DNA from: Alphaproteobacteria bacterium
GTDB lineage: Bacteria; Pseudomonadota; Alphaproteobacteria; Rs-D84
Reading direction: 5' to 3'
DNA: 32,000 nt
NCBI GenBank assembly: GCA_017475605.1
Contig: JAFVFD010000005.1
Coordinates: 150,001-182,000, forward strand
Within the stretch, counting starts at the first letter, position 1; the number at the start of each line of letters is the position of its first letter. Shown here piece by piece: positions 8,682-16,543 of the stretch. The position numbers were made by a program, and so were the translations under genes. The notes under the pieces are model-generated. The model did not search any database, was not told the DNA's origin, and was given only the letters and a program-made list of their open reading frames with translations.

Positions 8682-8830
8682 AACTTCTCTCACTTTTTAT
8701 CTTTTTATGGCAAGACACACCCACCTACCCCACCGGGGGTATCTTCTTGCTTAACTTACCTTTCCCTATTATTTCTGCGGGGTTCGGGGGACCGGTCCAC
8801 CGGCCCCACCCCACGATTTACGAATTACTA

Positions 8831-9646
8831 TTAACGCGTAATTTCTTCCCAGCTGTATGCTTTACCATTATAGTGCAATACACAGTCTTTGCAGGAGCCA
8901 GATGGCTGTGGAATTGCAGTACCAGATACTGTAACAGTAACAGCATGATCTGTTGTTGTAATACCGGTCAAGATATTACCTTCACCAGATTTTGTAACAC
9001 TTTGAACAGCGCTGTCTGCTTTAGTACCTTGTGCTGCAGTCGCGAATTCGTCTGCATCGTGTGTTACGATGTCGCCATAGCTAGCAGCATTCGTAACCAA
9101 TGTATCATATTGACCAACTTTTGCTTGTGTGATACCTGATGTCATTGGTGCAGAACTGTTGATTGTAGAAATTGCTGTTTCGTTCGCAGTAACTTTTGCT
9201 GACAATGCTGTATCATCGTATGTAGCTGCAGTTTTTGCTGCTTCAACTGCTGTATAAACTGCTTTTGCAGATGGATACTGAGTATCTGTTGACGATTCAC
9301 TCATACTTGTTACCAAGTTTGATTTAATCTGCATATCGCTGATTGCAGCCGGTTGAACAGCTGTATCCGCTTTAGCACCTTGTGCTGCTGTCGCATATGC
9401 TGCATCACTCTGTTCTGTTGTTGAATATGGAACCAACGCTTCTGCGATTTGGGTTGCGACAGATTTGTTACCTGCTTTGGTGTTCAATTCGTTGATAGCA
9501 CCAACCAAATTGTCTTTTGCGGTCGTGGTCAAATTTGTTAATGTACCTGTTTGTTTGTCTACATATGCCTGTGATGCGATATCTGCGTTTGCTGTGCCTA
9601 TTGTGGCCAACAAAACTGTAAATATACTGGCGGTTAGTTTTTTCAT
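8831..9646 (-). CDS. Secreted tail-fibre-like protein, paralog 3 (271 aa)
   Basis: GAAAGG RBS. Signal peptide MKKLTASIFTVLLATIGTANA|DIASQAYVDKQ. It contains NLVGAINELNTK and YGDIVTHDADEF. The C-terminus is SVTKSGEGNILTGITTTDHAVTVTVSGTAIPQPSGSCKDCVLHYNGKAYSWEEITR, which parallels the end of paralog 4. Confidence 0.85.
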   Translation of the reverse strand: MKKLTASIFTVLLATIGTANADIASQAYVDKQTGTLTNLTTTAKDNLVGAINELNTKAGNKSVATQIAEALVPYSTTEQSDAAYATAAQGAKADTAVQPAAISDMQIKSNLVTSMSESSTDTQYPSAKAVYTAVEAAKTAATYDDTALSAKVTANETAISTINSSAPMTSGITQAKVGQYDTLVTNAASYGDIVTHDADEFATAAQGTKADSAVQSVTKSGEGNILTGITTTDHAVTVTVSGTAIPQPSGSCKDCVLHYNGKAYSWEEITR

Positions 9647-9793
9647 AGTTTTTTCCTTTCTTTCTTTTTTTGGTTTGTTGTTTGTTGTTTTTTTGTCGTC
9701 CCGGCGGTCCCATTTGGTTCAACCGGGACGGGTTATTGTTTTCTTCGTTCTTTTATCTCTATCGTTTTCGTCTTGTCTTATATCAAATCTTTA

Positions 9794-10741
9794 TTACGGT
9801 TCAACACTCATACTGAACGGCAAGGTGATGCCGGCCCATTCCATTGCGCCTGTGTCTTTGTTTTTAACCAATACACAGTAATCAGATTCACTGGTGCAGG
9901 AACCACTCATTGCGGTTTGTGTTGCTTCATATGCTGCAACCTTGGTCGCATCAATGCCGGAATTAACAGCTGCCAACTGAGCCGTTGTCAATGTATCCTG
10001 TTTGCCGTCCAATGCAGCATCTAATTCATTGATCGCACCTGTAACAGTTTGCGCAGTTGTTGTTAATGTATCAGATCCAACCTTGGTTTCCAACGCGGTA
10101 ACATCGGTTGCATCCGCTTTGTCTGCCAAAGCTTCTTCAACGGTGGTATTACCAGTACCCAAATCACCCAATGCATCAGAAATTTGTTGTGAAACAGAAC
10201 CCGCACCGCCGGTTACACTGGCCAACGCATCGGCAACCGCTTTTTCTGTTGCCCATTTAGTGTCTGATGCACTTGCGGCGGCACCAATTGTTGTTGCGGC
10301 ATCGGAAACATTAACCTTACCGTCCAACGCAGAATCTAATTCATTGATTGCACCGGTAACTGTTTGTGCGGTTGTTGTTAATGTGTCGGTACCAACCTTG
10401 GTTTCCAATGCATCAACATCAGCCTGGGCTGCATCTGCGGCAGCCTTGGCTTCTGCGACAGAACCAGCCGTATCCGCATCACCCATCAATGTGTCAACAT
10501 CATCTTTTAATTCATTGACCGCACCAACAACAGTATCAGATGTAAAACCATCGTCCAACGCATCGTTTTCACCGGCAACCAAATCGGACAATTCGGTAAT
10601 TGCACCATTTTCACCAGTCAACTCGCTAACCTTATTATCAACATAGTCTTTTGATGCAATTGTGAATGCCGCGTTAGCATCCACGGTTCCCATCAAGATT
10701 GCCGCAGCAAAGCCTGAAAATACAATGTTTCTTACTTTCAT
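9794..10741 (-). CDS. Secreted tail-fibre-like protein, paralog 2 (315 aa)
   Basis: Signal peptide MKVRNIVFSGFAAAILMGTVDANA|AFTIASKDYVDNK. It has two copies of ETKVG.DTLTTTAQTVTGAINELD.ALDGK. The C-terminus is GSCTSESDYCVLVKNKDTGAMEWAGITLPFSMSVEP. Confidence 0.85.
   Translation of the reverse strand: MKVRNIVFSGFAAAILMGTVDANAAFTIASKDYVDNKVSELTGENGAITELSDLVAGENDALDDGFTSDTVVGAVNELKDDVDTLMGDADTAGSVAEAKAAADAAQADVDALETKVGTDTLTTTAQTVTGAINELDSALDGKVNVSDAATTIGAAASASDTKWATEKAVADALASVTGGAGSVSQQISDALGDLGTGNTTVEEALADKADATDVTALETKVGSDTLTTTAQTVTGAINELDAALDGKQDTLTTAQLAAVNSGIDATKVAAYEATQTAMSGSCTSESDYCVLVKNKDTGAMEWAGITLPFSMSVEP
10005..10408. repeat. Pair of 89-nt similar direct repeats (10005-10093 and 10320-10408) inside paralog 2
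   Basis: CCGTCCAA.GCAG.ATCTAATTCATTGAT.GCACC.GTAAC.GTTTG.GC.GTTGTTGTTAATGT... recurs at an offset of 315 nt (105 codons). Confidence 0.85.
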
Positions 10742-10798
10742 TTTTTTCTTTCCTTTCTTTTTTTCTTAGCCCGGAATCCCCGGAACCGTTTTGTTGTT

Positions 10799-13033
10799 TT
10801 ATTCTATTGTGTCACCCGTGGCGGCGGCAATTGCCGGACCATCTGAATCACCGTTTCCATCAACGATTGGTATATATGCCTGGACCCCATTAACAAATCC
10901 TAATACATATTGACCACTTGGTGGAACAGCCCCCTTGATAACCTTTTCTTCCAATGCGCCGGTTACAACCTTGTTCTGGATTGCATTAGCGCTTGATAAA
11001 CTTAATTCAGAATCAACAATAACCCCTGCTGGAATTGTCGGTTTGTTTTGGATGAAACTTAATTTTGCAGAATCTTCTTCTTCCCAGTCTGCCTGGACCA
11101 AATCAGTCGTATTCGCCTTTAATGCCAAACCTTCGTTCAAAGCCTGACTGGTGGCAAATTTACCGTCAGCCTCGGCAACGGAATAATAATTTTGTTCCAG
11201 TGTTGTTGCATCAACCTTGCCTGCAATTTGATTTGCGTATGCATCATAGGCAGAAACCTTTTCCCCAGTAATACCGGAATTAACCGCCGCCAATTGCCCT
11301 TCGTTCAAAGAGTTCTGTTTGTCCGCCAACGCGTTTGCGATATTTGTCGCGTTTGTTGTAACAACTTCCTGTAATTCGGTAATCTTGCCCGCGTTTGTAG
11401 AGATACCCGTTTCATTCGTACCAACGCGACCAGCCAATGTTTCCAAATCAGACGCATTTGCCTTGTCCGCCAACGCGGTATTCATCGCCGCCGTTGTCGC
11501 AAAACCAGATACATCTGGGATAGTTGGTGTATTTAACAAATCGGTGTATTCGCCGCTGAACGCAACGTCCGCCAAATCGTCCGAGTCAGGCTTGTCCGCC
11601 AATGCCGCCGTATTCGCAGCAATCGCCGCGGCATTATCCGCAACCGATTTGGTCAAACCAGAATTCGCATCACCAACCGCGGTTTCTAATGCGGTAATCT
11701 TTTCATTGGCTTCGGCTAAATTCGCATCGGTCGGTAAATCGTCAACCTTGTCAGACAATGTCGCGATTGTCGAGGCAACCGTATTCGTTGAATCAAAGCC
11801 GGTTCCCAATGCATCAGATGCCGTTTTACCAGCCGTCGCATTTGAACGGATTGTTTCAATATCGGAAATGGCATTGTTTATTGTTCCCAATTCCGTTTCA
11901 ACATAATTTTGGTTAGCCTTCAAGGCAATCTTGTCGTCCATAACCTGTAACGCGCCATACATTGATGCAACATCAGCCTTGTTCGTGGCGATTTGCCCAA
12001 CCTTGGTCGCATCAATGCCGGAATTCAATGCAGACTGCTGCGCCTCGGTCAATTGGTTCCATCCACCAGTCGCAGTACCCAATGTATAATCAGCAGTTGA
12101 TTTTGGCTGCTTGCCCGCAACAACTTCATCGGTCGCAACATTTTCCAATTTGGTATCAATGTCAGATTTCGTATAAACATCTGCGGTGTTGGCCTTAGCC
12201 TCCAATAATGCATCGGTCGCAGTCTTTGTATAAACACTGTCTGAATCAGCCTTTTGCGCAACGATATCAGATAACGCGTTAACTTCAGACTTGGTCGCGT
12301 ATGTCGATGCCAAACCGGATATAGCATTTGCTAAATCGGTTGCGGTCGCATATGTACCCGCTAATTCGTCCAGATTCATTAACTTTTTCCATGTGGCCGA
12401 CGGGGTATCAGCATAGCGCCATTCCAAATGCGCATCGCCGTCATATTGTAATTCAATCTTGTGTCCCATCGCCCAACCCTGAGACTGTAATGCAGCCGCC
12501 AGGTTATCCATATTGATAGAAACTGTGCTGTTTTCGATTTCAACAATACCTTCGTCGTCGGCAATTAATTTATCCTGTTTGGCATTGTCGATTGCATCAA
12601 CCTTGTCTTCAATTCTGTCGGCATTGCTGATAATGTTGGTAATGTTGTTGTTGATTTCAGCAATTTCCGCCGCGGTCGCACCCGGTGTTGTCGAACCACC
12701 AGACGATGAACCACCAGATGTACTTACCGATGTGGCAGGTCCAAGATATTTACCAATTGATAAACGTTGTGTGCTTTCGGTCGCGCCAGATGGTGTCGTA
12801 CGGGTCGCAGTCGATACAGAACGTGTTGTCGATGGCGATATACGTAACGAACCCGCGCGGGTCGCACGCGCCGCCGTCGAAGACGTGGTCGCAGATGTCG
12901 CCGCCGCGGTACCGTTATATGTACCCGTTCCACCCAGCGCACGAACAGAACCCGCACCAAACGCGTCGGTCGCAACAGCGCACAAAACGCACAAAACTGA
13001 TACTGTCGAAATTTTTAATGTATGCTTTTTCAT
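10799..13033 (-). CDS. Secreted tail-fibre-like protein, paralog 1 (744 aa), with a long Ser/Thr/Arg-rich N-terminal region
   Basis: GGAAAGAGAG RBS. Signal peptide MKKHTLKISTVSVLCVLCAVATDAFG|A. Residues about 27-120 are low complexity. Motifs include AFSGEYTDLLNTPTIP, ADWEEEDSAKLSFIQNKPTIP, SSANAIQNKVVTGALEEK and IETIRSNATAGK. The foldon-like segment VPPSGQYVLGFVNGVQAYIPI is followed by an acidic Gly-rich tail. Confidence 0.85.
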   Translation of the reverse strand: MKKHTLKISTVSVLCVLCAVATDAFGAGSVRALGGTGTYNGTAAATSATTSSTAARATRAGSLRISPSTTRSVSTATRTTPSGATESTQRLSIGKYLGPATSVSTSGGSSSGGSTTPGATAAEIAEINNNITNIISNADRIEDKVDAIDNAKQDKLIADDEGIVEIENSTVSINMDNLAAALQSQGWAMGHKIELQYDGDAHLEWRYADTPSATWKKLMNLDELAGTYATATDLANAISGLASTYATKSEVNALSDIVAQKADSDSVYTKTATDALLEAKANTADVYTKSDIDTKLENVATDEVVAGKQPKSTADYTLGTATGGWNQLTEAQQSALNSGIDATKVGQIATNKADVASMYGALQVMDDKIALKANQNYVETELGTINNAISDIETIRSNATAGKTASDALGTGFDSTNTVASTIATLSDKVDDLPTDANLAEANEKITALETAVGDANSGLTKSVADNAAAIAANTAALADKPDSDDLADVAFSGEYTDLLNTPTIPDVSGFATTAAMNTALADKANASDLETLAGRVGTNETGISTNAGKITELQEVVTTNATNIANALADKQNSLNEGQLAAVNSGITGEKVSAYDAYANQIAGKVDATTLEQNYYSVAEADGKFATSQALNEGLALKANTTDLVQADWEEEDSAKLSFIQNKPTIPAGVIVDSELSLSSANAIQNKVVTGALEEKVIKGAVPPSGQYVLGFVNGVQAYIPIVDGNGDSDGPAIAAATGDTIE

Positions 13034-13092
13034 TTCTCTCTTTCCACGTCTATTTTATCATATTTGCGAATCGGCTCCAAGAACTTTTTTGG

Positions 13093-13809
13093 TTAAAATT
13101 CATATCTGATACCAATTGATATAGAATTATCCAAAACTAAATCGATTTTGTTTTTGAAATAGTGTGTTGCATTAAACTCTCTTTCCTGGCTTGTCCCATA
13201 AAAACCAGCAATACGATAACGTAAATCAAGAACAATATTGTCATCCAATTTGTATGAATAACCCGCCATCAAACCCAACATTGGCGAAACATCTGTTTCC
13301 TTACGATTACCCGCGTCGGTAAACGCAATAGAATCCAGGGTTGTTGTTGGTAACGCAATACCAACACCCGCCCCCAAATACAAACCGTTATCAAAATCAT
13401 AATAACCATTTGCTACTAAATACGGCACAGACATTTTGAACGCATAGCCTTCGTCTTCATCTGTAAATTCACTGATATAACCGGCTTCAACTTCGGCACG
13501 CCAGAAATAATTTATACGTTTACCAAATGCCAAGTCCGCCGCAAACAATGGTTCAAACGAATACTTGTCGTGATTTTCAGACGCATTTAACGGAATATCC
13601 GAAGAATATTTGTTTTCCCAATTCAAAAAACTTAATTCCGCACGAACCGCACCGTACCAACCTGACTTTGCCTTGTCGGTGTAACTATATGTAACGTCAT
13701 AACCCCCCTTTGCGTTACGTGTTAACTGACTTGGGCGGGCAGCCTTGGTCGCGGAAAACGCAGGTGTTACAACCGCACACAGCGCAATAATCGAAACTAA
13801 TTTTTTCAT
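13093..13809 (-). CDS. Outer-membrane beta-barrel protein, Omp25/Omp31/OMP_b-brl-like
   Basis: GGGGGA RBS. Signal peptide ...AVVTPAFS|A. It shows alternating amphipathic strands, RAEVEAGY, and a terminal ...SIGIRYEF with C-terminal Phe. It lies 59 nt upstream of fibre paralog 1 on the same strand, with no terminator between them. Confidence 0.8.
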   Translation of the reverse strand: MKKLVSIIALCAVVTPAFSATKAARPSQLTRNAKGGYDVTYSYTDKAKSGWYGAVRAELSFLNWENKYSSDIPLNASENHDKYSFEPLFAADLAFGKRINYFWRAEVEAGYISEFTDEDEGYAFKMSVPYLVANGYYDFDNGLYLGAGVGIALPTTTLDSIAFTDAGNRKETDVSPMLGLMAGYSYKLDDNIVLDLRYRIAGFYGTSQEREFNATHYFKNKIDLVLDNSISIGIRYEF

Positions 13810-13882
13810 GGAATTTTCCCCCTAATTTTTTCATAAGTATATCACATTTTGACCCCGTTCCCAAATGGAAAAAAACACATAT

Positions 13883-13912
13883 TGACAACTTTTTATAATT
13901 TTTGCTAAATTG
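13883..13912 (+). promoter_or_regulatory. Candidate sigma70-type promoter for pal (TTGACA-18 nt-TAAATT)
   Basis: TTGACA at 13883-13888 and TAAATT at 13907-13912. An AAGGA RBS precedes the ATG at 13937. Confidence 0.4.
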
Positions 13913-13936
13913 AGTTCGTAAAGATAAGGATGAGAA

Positions 13937-14335
13937 ATGAAAAAAATTATGTTTGTTCCTGTTTTGCTGGCCTTGGCGGCATGCGCAACAAAAAGCAATA
14001 TCAATGACGACAAGGTTTTCTTTGCTTTCGATTCGGCTGAAATAACCGATGCCGCAAAGAAAGATTTACACGACCAATCACGCTATATGAAAAAACACAC
14101 CGATAAAAATGTCGTATTAGAAGGACACTGCGACGAACGCGGTTCAACCGAATACAATTTGGCACTGGGGGCATTGCGTGCGGGTAATGCGGCACACGTC
14201 ATGATAAAAGACGGTATCGAACCAGAAAGAATTAAAACCATTTCTTATGGCAAGGAAAATCCACAATATCCGGGTTCTGGCGAAAAGATTTGGGCGAAAA
14301 ACAGAAATGTTACAACCAAGACAAAAACGAAATAA
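13937..14335 (+). CDS. pal: Peptidoglycan-associated lipoprotein (OmpA_C-like domain)
   Basis: Lipobox LALAAC, followed by FDSAEI...VVLEGHCDERGSTEYNLALGALRA...ISYGKE, the typical Pal/OmpA C-terminal PG-binding domain. 132 aa. Confidence 0.9.
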   Translation: MKKIMFVPVLLALAACATKSNINDDKVFFAFDSAEITDAAKKDLHDQSRYMKKHTDKNVVLEGHCDERGSTEYNLALGALRAGNAAHVMIKDGIEPERIKTISYGKENPQYPGSGEKIWAKNRNVTTKTKTK

Positions 14336-14338
14336 AAA

Positions 14339-14361
14339 ATCGCCCATCGGGCGATTTTTTT
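14339..14361 (+). terminator. Intrinsic terminator after pal
   Basis: Stem ATCGCCC/GGGCGAT with a 3 nt loop, followed by a T-run. It starts 4 nt after the stop codon. Confidence 0.8.
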
Positions 14362-14411
14362 ATTGTTAATTTTCTTGCACAACCGACGTTTTTTTTACTA
14401 CTATCATTGTT

Positions 14412-15194
14412 ATGGAAGAAAAGACAATAATATCTTTTGCAAATGTCGCCGCCGCGTACGACACCGCGAACGAGGTTTTAACCGATGTTTCTTTTAATAT
14501 AAGTGCCGGTGCGTTTTATTTTCTGTCTGGTGCATCGGGCGCGGGTAAAACAACATTATTACGCCTTATATATCAATTACATAAACCGTTGCGCGGACAA
14601 ATTAAATTATTCGGAAAAAATACCGCGGAATTGTCCCGCGATGATATTGCAAACCTGCGACACAAAATGGCCATCGTTTTTCAGGAATATTCGTTATTAT
14701 CACACATGACGGTTTTTGATAATGTCGCCTTGCCGTTGCGGGTGCGTGGCATTTCGGAACAAAAAATCAAAAAACTGGTGGCCAAGGTATTGGAATGGGT
14801 TGGTCTTGGTAAATTCGCCGATGTAAAACCAATGGAATTGTCGGGCGGGCAACAACAACGTGTTTCTGTTGCGCGTGCTATTATTGTTCAGCCATCTATT
14901 TTACTGGCGGACGAACCAACGGGAAATCTGGACGATGAAAACGCATCGCGCCTTATGGAACTTTTTATCCAAATGAATAAATTATTTGGCACGACCATTA
15001 TATTGGCAACACATAATAAAAAATTAATGGATACATACAAGTTTCCTGTGATAAATGTTGAAAATCACCGCGTCGCATTTGTTGGAAAATCAACCGCCAC
15101 CACACCTGAAAATAAAAAGGTATGGAAAGGACCGGTTCCAAAAAACTATTTCACAGAATTGTCAAAACAATTTGATGATATTGGAAACGCATAA
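14412..15194 (+). CDS. ftsE: Cell-division ABC ATPase FtsE (with a C-terminal extension)
   Basis: Walker A GASGAGKTT, signature LSGGQQQR and Walker B ILLADEPT. It is directly coupled to an FtsX-like gene through a TAATG overlap. Confidence 0.85.
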   Translation: MEEKTIISFANVAAAYDTANEVLTDVSFNISAGAFYFLSGASGAGKTTLLRLIYQLHKPLRGQIKLFGKNTAELSRDDIANLRHKMAIVFQEYSLLSHMTVFDNVALPLRVRGISEQKIKKLVAKVLEWVGLGKFADVKPMELSGGQQQRVSVARAIIVQPSILLADEPTGNLDDENASRLMELFIQMNKLFGTTIILATHNKKLMDTYKFPVINVENHRVAFVGKSTATTPENKKVWKGPVPKNYFTELSKQFDDIGNA

Positions 15195-16030
15195 TGAAAC
15201 GAGCAACTGTATTTTCACTGGTTCGTGAACAATCTGTCTTTATGACGGCGATAATGGCGTTGTTGACTTTTTTGGCGGTAATGGCATTGGGTATTGCGAT
15301 TTCTATTGGCACCGGTGTCGCCCGATGGAACGCACAGTGGGATTTATTCGCAACGGTCCAGGTTACAAACACTAAAAACGAACCTGCCGTACGCAAGATA
15401 TTGACGGACAACACCGCAAAAATCGAAACCATGCGCGAAATCACAAACGAAGAAATGTTAAACCTTATGCGGCCATGGGTATCTGGTGGTGGCGTGTTGA
15501 AAAACTATCTTCCCAAAATGTGGGAGGTTAAGTTTAAATCCGAATCGGATTTGGACAATGTATCCGCAAAAATTACTCAGTATGGTCGTGTCCTTACGCA
15601 CGCAGATGCATTACAGGCACCGATGTCGGCGGGCTGGAAAATGATATTTATTGCGGCTCTTATTTTGGGACTCACATTGGGGGCTATTACGGTGTGTATT
15701 TCATATATCGCACGCAATACTGCAATGTTACATAAACGTGAACTAGAAATATTAAATCAAATCGGTGCGACCGATTCGTTTATCGCACGCCAAATGCAAA
15801 TTATTGTTTCGCGTATTTGTGTTGTTGCATGCTGTGCGGGCTTTCTGTTTTCGGTACCAGTATTGTTATTGGTTTTGTCGGCGGCACATTCCGCGCGTGT
15901 GGGACTTATGGCGATGCTGGCAATATCTGGTGGTGGGTGGATATGCCTTGGGCTGATGCCGGTTGCGATAACAATTTTCGCGATATGGATGACACGACGC
16001 ACAACAATTAAAATATTACAAAACGAATAA
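15194..16030 (+). CDS. ftsX: Cell-division permease-like protein FtsX
   Basis: TM1, a periplasmic domain of about 100 aa, then three TM segments. It carries the conserved RELEILNQIGATDSFIARQ motif. Confidence 0.8.
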   Translation: MKRATVFSLVREQSVFMTAIMALLTFLAVMALGIAISIGTGVARWNAQWDLFATVQVTNTKNEPAVRKILTDNTAKIETMREITNEEMLNLMRPWVSGGGVLKNYLPKMWEVKFKSESDLDNVSAKITQYGRVLTHADALQAPMSAGWKMIFIAALILGLTLGAITVCISYIARNTAMLHKRELEILNQIGATDSFIARQMQIIVSRICVVACCAGFLFSVPVLLLVLSAAHSARVGLMAMLAISGGGWICLGLMPVAITIFAIWMTRRTTIKILQNE

Positions 16031-16542
16031 TGAAGTTTTTAACCCCTTCTTTCATTGTTTTGGGATTGTTTGTCATTGGCGGCATGGTATTCAAATCGTA
16101 TGCGCCACGAAACTGTGGTGAAATTATGCCGGACGACAGTGTATTTGTTTTGACCGGCGATGTGCGCCGCATTCCGTTTGCCATGCGCATGGTGGAACAG
16201 TTCCCTGCGACCGATGTATATATTATTGGTGCCGGCGCAGAAACGGCGGCATCAAATGTGGCGCGACCGGTTACCGTTGAATCAGAATCAAAATCAACAT
16301 ATCAAAATGCAATTGCGATTCGGAAAATTGTTGAAACAACAGGTCTTGAACGAATCGTTATCATCACAACCGAAGATCACATGAACCGCGCGGAATACCT
16401 GGTCCGGCATGAATTACCAAATACAGAAATCATAACATGCCCGGCAACATTATATGGTATGCCTGCGGCGCGACGCGTGGAACGTTGGACAACCGAATAT
16501 ATAAAATATTTGGTTACCATGATTGGAATTAAAGAGGGCTAA
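16030..16542 (+). CDS. DUF218 (YdcF/ElyC/SanA-like) domain protein
   Basis: N-terminal TM segment, then VFVLTGD...YIIGAG...SKSTYQNA...IVIITTEDHMNRA, a pattern characteristic of DUF218. Its start overlaps the ftsX stop (TAATG). Confidence 0.65.
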   Translation: MKFLTPSFIVLGLFVIGGMVFKSYAPRNCGEIMPDDSVFVLTGDVRRIPFAMRMVEQFPATDVYIIGAGAETAASNVARPVTVESESKSTYQNAIAIRKIVETTGLERIVIITTEDHMNRAEYLVRHELPNTEIITCPATLYGMPAARRVERWTTEYIKYLVTMIGIKEG

Positions 16543-16543
16543 C

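Noticed and set aside
8779-8812. tRNA or other structured RNA gene in the GC-rich intergenic hairpin
   Set aside because: Only a single interrupted stem-loop is present. There is no cloverleaf, no T-loop (GTTCGAATC-like) and no anticodon-arm geometry. It is treated as a hairpin element only.
3209-10408. CRISPR-like or non-coding tandem arrays
   Set aside because: The repeat units are long (89-264 nt), are multiples of three and lie entirely inside ORFs. There are no short, regularly spaced repeats with unique spacers, and no cas genes.
3083-13033. Prophage, prophage remnant or gene-transfer-agent tail-fibre locus
   Set aside because: Tail-fibre motifs are abundant, but no capsid, portal, terminase, tape-measure, baseplate, tail-fibre-assembly chaperone, lysis or integrase gene lies within 32 kb. 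No att-like flanking repeats are visible. All six proteins carry N-terminal Sec signal peptides, which virion and GTA fibres do not need.
3083-13033. Trimeric autotransporter adhesins (YadA-like), RTX/T1SS adhesins or collagen-like proteins
   Set aside because: The C-termini are short hydrophilic foldon-like modules ending in Arg, Glu or Pro. They are not a roughly 70-100 aa membrane-anchor barrel ending in an aromatic residue. No GGxGxD nonapeptide repeats and no Gly-X-Y tracts are present.
3180-13119. Many long plus-strand ORFs antisense to the fibre genes, for example 6955-7794 (279 aa), 10002-10646 (214 aa), 12513-13109 (198 aa), 11319-11906 (195 aa), 7704-8258 (184 aa) and 5155-5670 (171 aa). 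Off-frame same-strand ORFs such as 12724-12975 also occur.
   Set aside because: They mirror the repeats of the minus-strand genes and have no RBS. Their products are monotonous Val/Ala/Ser/Thr/Pro or Cys/Arg-rich strings. Ala/Thr/Gly/Val-rich coding (GCN/ACN/GGN/GTN codons) removes stop codons from the opposite strand and from shifted frames. The minus-strand frames carry the signal peptides, RBSs and recognisable motifs.
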